Assembly (NCBI RefSeq): GCF_037042905.1 | Contig: NC_087254.1 | Location: 32,240,001 to 32,304,000, forward strand | Source of the DNA: Lytechinus pictus | Taxonomy: Eukaryota | Length of the DNA: 64,000 bases | Direction of reading: 5' to 3' | In this document: piece after piece, positions 26,801 to 38,800 of the stretch | How the letters are laid out: each line of letters begins with the position of its first letter | Numbering within the stretch: position 1 is the stretch's first letter | Notes under the pieces: generated by a model | Databases searched by the model: none | Told to the model about the DNA's origin: nothing | Seen by the model: the letters and a program-made list of their open reading frames with translations, nothing else | Made by a program: the position numbers and the translations under genes

Positions 26801-29800
26801 TATGTTTTCCATATTATTCCATCATTTTTTCATCTACCTAACCACAAAATGAATCTGAAGCAAGACATGTACTGTAATCCTGTCTTCAAAATGACATGCA
26901 CATTAAAAACTCAAACTATGTCACAGAACAAATTGAACAGAGGCAGTGTGATAAAGTTGATAAAGGTTCATCTTTCTGTACCATTTAATAAAAATATGAC
27001 AAATGCTTCATCAATATACAGGTACACCTTGGTACAAACTATGTTATGAATTGTCCTCATCTTTTTTTCACTGTTTAAAATGGAAAAACAAATGTTATTC
27101 CATGTAAAGGAAGACAAATATGAATACGGATAAAATTACTGACAAGATAAAGAGCAATAAGAGAATACTGTCATTCCCTTTGAAAGTTGTCTACATATAT
27201 TGCAATCATATCATGAATACTGATGGAGATACTGTTAAGAATCAGTGCACTAACAAGAACAATTGTACATCCCAGAGAATATAATATTGCAGTTCTTTGT
27301 AAAGTTTGGTAAAACATATTGCAAAAAAGATGATGATAAATACGTATAAAGAGACTGACAAGATAGAGCAAATTGCAAAGGCAATAATATATGTACATCT
27401 TCAGTAGCATCACCTTTACTTTCTTCATGCATGTATAATAGAAGATAATAACCCTTCATATCTACAATACCAATCAACAGATGTATGTGAAATATGATAT
27501 CAGTGAAAAAACACAAAATTATGGAAGGAAGTGCTTTGTTACAACTTTTTGGCATCAAATGAAATGTTTATATTGCATAAATATCAGCTGTATATACTGT
27601 ATGCACATAATCACAAATCTATACATGTATAACAAATTTGTTAGCTTTACAAAATTTACTGAAATTGAAAGAACACAAATTCATATTAACTTTGTACTGC
27701 ACGAAGGGGGGGGGGGGGCTTGCAAGCCCTCCTCTCAACATTTTCTACGCGTTTCACTTTGAAATTTTGCTGAATTTCTTAACTTTGAATCTTTTGAAGT
27801 AATTTTTTTTAAATATTGGACTGTGGTCATGGTGCTGGGCAGTCTTTTGAATGTAAGTGCCCATCATTCTGAAAATGGCGTAAAACCATGATTCTAAATG
27901 TATATCAAAGTGTATACAGAGTTTTCTCACCTAACATGATTGTTTTCAATTTAGCTAAAAATAAATAGGATACAGAGAATTTCAGTAAAATAAATCTTCC
28001 AAAATTAACAAGAAATGTATGTATAAGAAATTTATGAAACAATAATAGTATGAGATAAATTATTACATCCTTTTTTTGCCAATCTGTGTTGACTCATGAA
28101 ATCCTAATATATATAAAGAAAAATCATCAGTGTTAACATGTACCGAAAAAGAAAGAGACAACTGAAAGAGCATTTTAGTGAGTAAAGACTAATCAACTAG
28201 TAATAGCCTCATCTTATTTGCTTTAATGAAATTCCAGTGATGCATGGCAAGGAAGTAGACCTACGTTTTGATTGACCTTTAGAGTGTTGTCCATTCCATT
28301 TGAAATCAGTATACTTGAATCATGACGACAACTGTTGTACAACTAAAACATTTAAAGCTAAATGATAATAGTTGCTGTAAAACACTAATTTCGTGAGAAA
28401 GTCTGTAAAACCAAGGTTAAGTAACTATATCATCGTGGATGTAGATCTGGTACAGTTACATAAACTGAACTTCGTGAAATCATAAACTCTAAGCTGAAAT
28501 ACGATCACACTGAAGATCGCCAACACAGATAGGCACACGTGGGACAGTGTATTTTTATTGCTGGAATAAAGACCCGATGAAAGTGACGGAATCCGCGCTT
28601 ATTTTGCTTATTACTCAGCAATTACACAATTTCTTCCAGAATCCTTTGGCACATATTTTTTATTCATACAAACAGACACTTAGGTGGTCATTATATTAGA
28701 TTCTGTAAAGTCATTTTGAGATTGTTACCAGAACTGGAATTTATCTTTAATGTCAATTTGAGAAGTAAAACTATTTTCAAATCTTGTACATTTACAGATA
28801 AATCAAGCTTTTTTAGGACAAACAATTTAAATACATTTTCCACGAGGAATGCTTCAGCGCAACCAAGAATGTGAAATGATGAAAAATGTTCATGTTGGCA
28901 AAATGGCAAAAAAGCTAAGTGTCACATATACATCACACATTGCCAAATAATGATAAAGCTTTATATCACTAAATAGAAGTTCAAAAAATAAAATACAATA
29001 CATACATATGCACAGTTAATGTATATCCAAAGATAAATTTCTTTTATGAAATCAACTTCCAATGAGGTGCTCGGGTTGCAGCAAATAATTCCTATCACCT
29101 ACTCAAATGAAACATTGCTTTAAGAAATAAACCAAAAGCTGATGTGAATGTTTAAATACTAAATTTGAAAAATTCCTTTAAAAAAAAAATAAGTGAAGCT
29201 GTGTGCATTGTTCACTTGGCTGGTTCATATCATATACACACCTTTAGTGGAACAGTCAGTTATTCTTGCTGATACAATTAAAAACACAGTTATAAATAAT
29301 CTTATATATATATATCTATATATATGTATATAAAATGTCATACAGAAAATATAGGAACTATTCTCATACTTGTAATGTTACATGAGTTAAAAAATTTCTC
29401 AGATATATCATGCAGAATTATGTTCTTGAAACAAGCCGTGAATGCATGTACCATCATCAGCCATATGTCACCAACTGTTCCCCTGCAATGTAAGGCGGCT
29501 TTTCATGTTAAAGAGCATGCACTTTACAGAATATAAAATGAAATGTACTTTCATATAAATCATGGACACCAGTATATACCATGATAATATAAAATTTTCA
29601 AAATAGAAAAGATAGTTGTATCATGACAATTTTCAAATGTCTTTGTTATGTATAAGATAGTAGGATACCTGTAAGCATTTCACTAACATGTCATTAACAC
29701 TGTAAATAAACATCTACCAGCCAAGTAATAAAGGTAGGTCAGATATGAAGAAAAATTCATTAGAAAGCAAAGTCTTTCAACTTTTTTGACATCCATGATC

Positions 29801-32800
29801 TCAGACTAGCTAGATTGAGCCTGGAAAGAGGGTTCAGAGGAAAGGAGGGGAAAGCATGATGATGCCTCGAATCCTTTTCAGAGAAGATTTGTTCTCTGTG
29901 CATGTGATGGGCCAATCTCTGCACGTCTTCACTCAGATCTTTTTTCTTGTGTGCACCCTTATACGCCCGGGTCTGAGTACCTTCATCCACCTTGGTAAGA
30001 ATTTTTTCGGAGGTTTGTGCTGAATGACTGACTCTCGCGACACTCGCCTTTGAGACTTTACCATGAAATTGGCGGTATTCTTCTTTGAAGATGCGGTTGT
30101 GGTGTTCATTTTCTCTGTCTAGTTCAACATTTGTGTCTTCTTTCCCCACATTGTTAACCACTCTATTCCAAATGAGTTGGTGTGCCAATCGTGGGGAAAG
30201 AAGACACTTTACCTGCGCAAGTAGCCTCAGACTGTGTAGGGCATACTTAGTCTTCCCTTCTAGCTTAAAGTAAAGCACAAAGTACTTGTACAGCCTGATG
30301 ATACGAGCACCATCTCCATATTTTCTCGCATCTTCGAAGTCCATCCACAACAAACACATACCAAGGGCTGCCGAGCTGTAATTAAACATCGAATCCTCTG
30401 TGTTGGTGCTTGTAGTTTGTTTGCTGGGCTCGTTTGAATGTTGTTGCTCTGTATGTTTCTGTAGACTTCTCTGATGAACGTATTCTTTGTTACAGAGTGG
30501 GCAGACGAATTTCGAAGCTCTGTCAAAATGTGGGCCCTCATGAATTGCATACCTGTCCACCAGACGGCCCAGTTGCTCTTTGACCTCATCCGCAACATTT
30601 GTAGAATCCTTGTCAATTATATTTCGAGTTGGTTGTGAATTAACATCTTCCATGCCAAAATGATGCAATGCTGCTGCAACAATGAGGGACTCTGAATATC
30701 GTGTCAGGAACTCGACTGACGCATTGACATCTTTCAACGGACTTGCAGGAACATTCGTTGCCCTGAGAAAATTCCTGGAAGCGTAAAGTGTCCCAGGGTC
30801 TCTAGCTGACTTTGTAGAGTACAACACTTTCCATATAACCTGAAAGAACAAATATTCATGATTGAATTAACTTCATATTTGATGCAAGTGGACATGCGTA
30901 AAAAAACAAGAGCATTGGTTGACTGTAATGTGAAGATGTGGGTATCTATCTACCTATCTGTCTACCTATCTATCTATCTACTGTATCAATCAATCTATCC
31001 ATCCATTTTTTATTCNNNNNNNNNNNNNNNNNNNNNNNNNNNNNNNNNNNNNNNNNNNNNNNNNNNNNNNNNNNNNNNNNNNNNNNNNNNNNNNNNNNNN
31101 NNNNNNNNNNNNNNNNNNNNNNNNNNNNNNNNNNNNNNNNNNNNNNNNNNNNNNNNNNNNNNNNNNNNACCTAGCTAACAATTACTGCATGATTGTGAGA
31201 GAGCTACGGCCTTTCATGTCTATAATCGGACAGCCCTTAACTATTCACTTACAAGTTTTGTCCATTGATTACAAACTAAAATTAGAAAAATGTACGGGAG
31301 GGTCATCAGTGTGTTTTAGTATAATTATTTGCAAATTCTGTGTGAATTTGAAGTAAAAAAAAACACAATCACTTTACATTCCAATAAGATAACAAACGCA
31401 CAACAATAGAAATGATATGAAGGGATGAGATATTAACAGTCTTCATTATTGCAGTTGTATAAAATCATACATATTTTAAAGTGAAAGATTGGAGAAGAAA
31501 TATGAAATCCTGGTGAGATGATTTTGTGAATGAAAATTGTCTAAAAACTGACTAATTACTACAGAATTTCTCAGTCTTTTTATGTTGTGTAATATCTTAA
31601 TGTCAAATATCAGTGTGGTAATCATCACATGTTTAGTAGCTAAAAAATATATTACACCTGTAATTTCCTTACCGCCCCCCCCCCCCCTATTTGCCGATTG
31701 AAAAAGTCATTTGAATATTTAAAAAATAAGAGTAAAATAGAAAAAGAGTATGGCACTAAACTAAACAATTACTACTCCTTTAAAATTAGTAGAAATTGTA
31801 AAATAGTATAACTATTTTATACCTCTAGAAAATTGGCCATGGCATGGAAATCATCAATGACTGGAATGACGCCTTCCCATTTGCTTGCAGAGGATGTGCT
31901 GTCCTGCCTGTCCTTTTTTGCATTGACCTGTCTTTCACAAGTTAGTAAGTCTCCTCCGCTGAGAGTTGGGATCTGCACATTGCTGTCCTTCATCATAGGG
32001 ATGTAAGCATTCATCTTGTCGAGGATGGCAACAATCCCTTCATGAGTATTTTCATTTTCTGTGATGACGCCCAAGTTAACCTGATGGAAATAATATCAAA
32101 CAAATAACACATCAAGCATGCATAACAGAATACATGTATGATTTTCCTACATTATTATTAGATTCAATACAACATACATGCATTAAAAATGACTGACAGT
32201 GTGACTTCTACAAAATCAAGCCTATTTTAAGTAGGCTATGATTCTTTAATATTATATTTGATATTACTTCAAACCTTCCATGTGATATCCATTGGCAAAT
32301 TACCTTACACTGAAACACACTACTCAGAATTAAATTTCATTTTCATACCTGAATTTATAAATTTGTAGGAGACATCTTTCGCATCTGGCAAATATATTTA
32401 TTGGCTAAGTTTTCTTATGTGTGCATTGTATCAAATGCTACTTAAAGAATGATTAAACACTTACAACAGTGCTCTTCTGTTTGGTCTTGTCCATGTACTC
32501 ATGTTTGATTTTCGTCTCAGTAAACTCCGCCATCCATGAGAGTGCTGGTATGTTTTGTGTCACTACTCGAGCCACAAGCGTTGCCCATTCATCTCTCAAA
32601 TGGTTGTTATCCTCTGGGGAGGGCAGGAACATGTTCAAGGAAGCATCCTCAACATTCATAGCAGGTGCGACGTCTGACAGGCTGAAATCAGCTATTCGGT
32701 TTTTTACCGCGAGGAATTGGTAGAAGTGCAGGTCCTGCCCTTTGTCCTCCATGGATGCTTGCCTTGGCTTGACCTTCACATCTACGTTGTCCCCGTTCAG

Positions 32801-35800
32801 GATATATCCTGGATGACGGCTGGCATTCAGAGATTCCAGTTCACTTGCTGCAAGAACATCCCCCTTGGCCAGCCTCTCTCTCAGCTCTTTTTCAGATCTA
32901 GCTTCCTCCTCCACTTCCTCCTTCCACTGCTTTACTTCGGCATCAAAGCCCTCACCTAGGTGTGTCTGCCGCCTTAATGTACTTTTGTACGATACTGACA
33001 GTCCTCTCCCCTGAAGACGAGCAAATGTCTTTGACGACGCTCCCCCTCGTTTGAGGGCCAAAGATGTAAGGGTTTGGGAAGCATTCATCTCCCTGTTTCG
33101 AAGATATAACACTGTCCCTGCAGCTGCCAATACTCCAGGGATTATTGTGCCAGAAGACTTTGATTTTCGTTTGTCCAACCTGGGATTGGTGGCAGCAGCC
33201 TGAAGGCATGTCAGAAGAACTGGGGCTTTTTCCTTCAATTCTGCTTCTTGTTTATCGAAAGAAAACTCCTGAAAACCAAAAAATTATCAAGATATTTAGA
33301 ATCAGTACTTCATGAAAATCTGGCTGAAATTTACAACTGCATACAGTAAATACCAGCCTATGTGACATTACAATGAAAAGCATATTGGGTACAGCTCATA
33401 AAATTGAGTTCTTGTTCCCCCCACACATGCTCCCCCTCCCCTAGAATTTTTGAAAACTGAAAAAAAAAACGTATAGAAAATGTTGTCATGAGCATCATAC
33501 TCTAGATGTAAAGTGCTTCAAAACAGCGTTATCACTCTTCAAATTATGAAAATTTTCTTGTACAGTGACTGTTAGCTCCCAACACTGTTAATCTCTAACA
33601 CAATCTTCCATGACATTATATGAAATTCAAAAGTTTGGCTGTAGGTTGAGATAAATAAATGATGTGTTCAATGACATAACATGGGTCTTAAAAATCCAGT
33701 GTTCAAGTCAATATGCACAAATTATTCTTCTTGTGATTCAAGTTGTAATTTTTTGTTTTAGCAAGGTACCGGTATGCATCCTGCATGTCCATAATTTTAA
33801 AAAGTGCTATTCAGCTTGCACTTTGCGCTCACATCAATTGTTAAGTCAGATACCCATCCTGTTCATGGCTACAAAATGTGTTTACAAACAGCGGCCAACT
33901 ATCATCTCAGAATATCTTTTACAATTACAACTCACGAATCACCATCAAATTATTTATTTGATGAGGTATTATGATTCCTTGCAAACATTCCTTAAAGGTA
34001 GAGTCCACCCCAGAATAATGTTGATTTGAATAAATAGAGAATATCAAACTAGCAAAATGCTTAAAAATTCATCAAAAATCAGATCAATAATAAAGTTATG
34101 AGATGTTAACATTTTGCTTATTTTTCATAAAACAGTGATATTCATATTCATAATTCAATGACATGAAAATGAGACAGTTGATGATGTCCTCTCTGTATCT
34201 TTTATATTTGATTTTTTTACAGATTCGACAATAAAGACCAAATAGTATTAAACAATGCTAATTCCACATGTTCATGGAGGAATTAATTGTTTTACTTGAC
34301 AATAAGGAAAAAAAATATGATTATATCATATTTCATATAATAAAATGAAAAGAAGAAACGAGTGGATGATAGTCTCCTCATTTGCAAACCGACCAGGATG
34401 TGCTTGAAACTATTTTGTAAATTAAGCAAAATTTTAACATGTCATAACTTTCTTGTTTTACATCCGATTTTGATGAAATTTTCAGTGATATGGTTGTTGG
34501 ATTTTTCTCTTTTTACTCAGATCAACTTTTTGTTGGGGTGGACTTGTCTTTTAACAAGTCCCTTTTTCAAGTCAGTAGGGCCTATATTAAAAATTTTAGC
34601 TTGTGCTTGTTATATGAAATAAGCATAAATGATCTGTTGCCCTCCATTTGCAACCCCCCCCCCCCCCCGTTTAAAAATCATGGTGCGACTGTCTTTATGT
34701 TGCATCTGAGTGTATATGTATAAGACGCTCATACAAATGATATTACTAATAATCAATAAATATTATATTCTCATTTCGTAAAACACTTTACGACGTAAAT
34801 ATTCTTTTGGAGTGAACGCCTCAAATATGCTTTAAAAAACAACAATATACTTACTTGTAAAGCTTCCTTGCTTTTGTTTCGGAAAGTTGATTGGTTGTTC
34901 TGTATGCCACACAGGTAGGAACATTCTGCACTGATCTCCTTTGACAGACACTCGTTGAATTCACTACGTAGAAGTGGTGATGATGTCACATGGTGAACGA
35001 CAGTGTGGAGATCACCTCGATCCAAAGCCGTATGAAGTTCATCTATCATTACAGAAGTTGGCGGAGTGGGTTTTGCCAAGTCCTGTAATGTGAGCAATGC
35101 ATGGATATGTAATTAAAAGTTTCAGAATTACTTTAACCATGCATTAGGGTAGCACTATTTCATTCATGACTATGATTTTAAAAAAAAAAAACATGGAAAT
35201 ATTTTATGACAATCTCAGTTTTATTTGTGTCCATCAAAGACGTAAATCCTTGCGTCACACCTAGGCTATTCATGGAACGGGGGTGATCTATTGTTGCACC
35301 CCCCCCCCCCCCACACTTATAGCATGATGTCATAGGTTTAAGCACATGGTGTTAAAGTATGAGATATTACGCAATTCTATGAGGTAAATTTAATTTAGCA
35401 AGGGGTTATGGTGACAGTTATTTAAGATGATTAATTTGTCTGTAAGGAAATGGATTCTCAATTAGCAGAAAAGAAAATTAATGAACAAAAATTCTTAAAG
35501 TGACACGTACCTCTTCTCTTGTTTTTTCTTTGAATTGGAGCTGCTTTCTCTTGACTGTTGGGGCACATATGATCGGATTAACTGACAAAGTCAAACTCAA
35601 AGGGCTTGTTGCTGCTGTGGACTTTCCAGTTCCAGACCGTTTCTGCTGCCTCATCAATTTGGATGGGCTTTCAGTGATCATCCGCTTAACTCGTCCTTCC
35701 GGTAGATCTTCATCTTGATTCTTTGGCTTTGCAATCATAGTTTTCAGCTCAAGTGCTGATGGATCATCATTTGATGTTATTTTGTTTACTTTATTTTTGC

Positions 35801-38800
35801 ATACACCACAAATCTTCTTGCACAAAAAATCTGTGTTTCTTTCAGATAACTCATTTAACTTTGAGGAGATTTCATCGTCAACAATGCAATATTTCTTAAA
35901 CAAAATTACGTTTCTATTGCACACACAACACACACGGTCAGTTGCTCTGGGACGTCCTCTTCCCGGCCGTATCACGACGGGTTTTGTAGGGGTAACGTTA
36001 GGTACGTTGACCTTACCAGCAAGCAGCATCGTGACATGGACTCGAAATAACTTGTTGATAAATCATACTGTCTCAGCTAACTAATGTCCAATAATTTATC
36101 AGATCGTCTTGAAAAAAGCGTGGTCCATCCAACACAAATATACATCCAAAACTTTCTATAATTCAGTGGAAAATCTATATTGAAAGTGAAACATCAACAA
36201 TAGACAACATGAAAACTCCAACTCAATCGAAAGTGTTCACACACGTGTTCGCAAAATCAGCTGTGTTTTGGAAATACATTTGTCTTAGTCTTTATCTCTG
36301 TACGTATTTCCGTCTAATATTTGACACCCGAACAACATACAGTACTTTTTAGCATCTAGTCCATGATTTCACTCTGTTTTCTTCTAGAGAGTGACTTTAT
36401 CAAAGACTAAACAAAACTTCCAAGACGGAGGGAAAGACTCGTCCACAATTGAGCAAAGAGACGGGGGTGAAAATAGGGATACGTTTCATATTATTCTTCA
36501 AAATAGATATTCAATACAATTCAACTTTAATTTCTTTAATGCTAGATTTTGTAAAAGTAATGAAAATACTGTTTTTGTCAGAAAATGATTTTTCAATGCA
36601 TTAAAAAAAAAAAAAATCTTCCACAATTAAATCGATCCCCTGCAAAATAGTGGACTATTCCAAACCACGGACGAAACAGCTTTGACATTTCATTGGTCAA
36701 TTTACGAGGTGAACGTTAAATATTCATGAGCTCATCTATATTCATTAGGAAGACGTGCCTCATGAATATATAATTCGGTACAGATGTCCAGAGGCCCTGG
36801 CTCGCGCCAGGCTAATTCGCTTCGCGAATTAGGATATCCCTCGCTTCGCTCGGGAAGCAGCCAGGGCCTCGACCAGAGGCTAGCACTCCACCAACATAAC
36901 CAGGCAGTCCCTGCCTTTCTTTTCAGGACCACAAAGTAAACAGTATCTTGTTGCATTCTACACCAGTCATCAAATCCCATTCCCAGTCCTGAAGCTAAGT
37001 ACACATTCATGATATTTCGGTTGAATTCAACCAATCTACACAATCATAACGTAATGTACTTGCCTATCGGTAAGGTTCTTTTCCACAATTAGAAGTTAGA
37101 ACACATACAGGGATCATCATGATCACGGAAAAACAGTAGTCAAGACTGAGAAAACTGTGTGCATTCCTCCCTATGTCAGCCAGCAATCAAACTGAAAGCA
37201 TGGACTTACTACAACTAAAACCAAGGGCCATGCTGGATTTTTTGAGCCAGTATGCTTGCTCAGTTCATGTGATCTTTTCTTCTAACCCTGCTATCCCATA
37301 ATAACTTATTTTATCCATCCCATCATGACAGGTCCACCTTCCCAAATGATGTTGACCAGACCACAATTCTCAGGGGGCACGATGGAAGAATGTTAATGTC
37401 TTTTTGGGAGGGCTCCCTTAGCTATTCTCCCAACCACTCCCTGACTAAGACCCCGTTCTCATTACACTTTCTAAAACTAGCTTACTAGAAACCAGTTTGG
37501 AATATCGCTTTGCTAGCTTTCCCATTTGATCACCTGAATGTGGTTTTCAAAATTACTTCACGTAAAGCGGTCTTGTTGCTATAAGAACGCTCTCAGTGGG
37601 GTGACACCGCATCATCATAGGCATTCTACACACATTGTGTAGAGTAGCACGCACTAAATGTGCGAAGATCGCTTTCCGAAGAATGATTGTCTCCTCACGT
37701 ACGCTAAAACCAGTTTCACGAGGCAAAGTGATCTTGAACTACATCGCGAGGTGGTTTTATGAACCGGTTTGGAAGATCACTTCCAAGATCGCTTCGACCG
37801 TTAAAGGACAAGTCCACCCCAACAAAAAGTTGATTTGAATAAAAAGAGAAAAATCCAACAAACTTAACACTGAAAATTTCATCAAAATCGGGTTTAAAAT
37901 AAGAAAGTTATGACATTTTAAAGTTTTGCTTAATTTTACAAAACAGTTATATGCACATCTTGGTGGGTATGCAAATGAGGAGACTGATGACGTCATCCAC
38001 TCACTATTTATTTTGTATTTTATTACGTGAAATAGGGAATATTCTATTTTTCTCCTCATTGTCAAATGAACAGCGATTAATTCCTCCCTGAACATGTGGA
38101 ATGAGCATTGTTTAATACTATATGATTCAGTCAAGTTTGTCCTCATTGTCAAATCTATAAAAAATGAAATATTGTATAATTCAAACAATAAAAAAAAAAT
38201 AGTGAGGGACATCATCAACTTTCTCATTTGAGTTGTTCATATCACTGTTTTGTGGAAAATAAGCAAAACTTTAAAGTGTCATAACTTTCTTATTTTACAT
38301 CCGATATTGATGACATTTTCAGCGTTTTGCTAGTTTGATTTTTCTCTATTTATTCAAATCAACATTTTTATGGGGTGGACTTGACCTTTAAGCTAGTTTC
38401 CAATAAACTAGTTTTAGGAAGGTAGTGAGAACGGTGTCTTAGTCTTCAGGCACAGACCCTAATTAAAACTTTACTCAACAAGATGGTCATAAAACCAACT
38501 TACCTCCATGATCTAGCACAATACAACTTGTTATAATGGTGATAATTGCATTTTTGTATTAAAAAATGCAACATACATGTAACACATAGTTCAATTCAGC
38601 CCCGGGCCATGAAGGCTTGAAATTCAGACCACTTCAGTGTGTTTTGACAAACCGAGGGCTTGTGCCTGTAGATATTTGCTAGACTAAAGTCGCCCCCCCC
38701 CCCCCCCGGGAGGGGGGGGGGGCAGTCAAATATATTGCTGTACACACTCGTGAACAAAGAAACGCGTTTAAAGGGGTGTTTTTTTTTTTCAGTTTTGGAC

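Larger units (their letters stand above)
19752..36882. mobile_element. Full-length autonomous Academ DNA transposon, helicase-encoding AcademH type, 17131 bp
   Basis: Identical 111-bp TIRs starting TAG; 9-bp TSD GCACTCCAC at 19743-19751 and 36883-36891; convergent RecQ-like helicase and Academ-type transposase genes inside. Confidence 0.93.

Noticed and set aside
30858-31181. ORFs across the N gap, or a hidden transposase exon
   Set aside because: The ORFs arise from the Ns. The flanking exons join in frame with continuous motifs ([19 protein letters not shown]), so no exon is needed, although one cannot be fully excluded.
19752-36882. Helitron or Polinton assignment for the large element
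   Set aside because: The helicase is SF2 RecQ-type rather than PIF1; there is no HUH Rep, PolB or integrase; the TSD is 9 bp.
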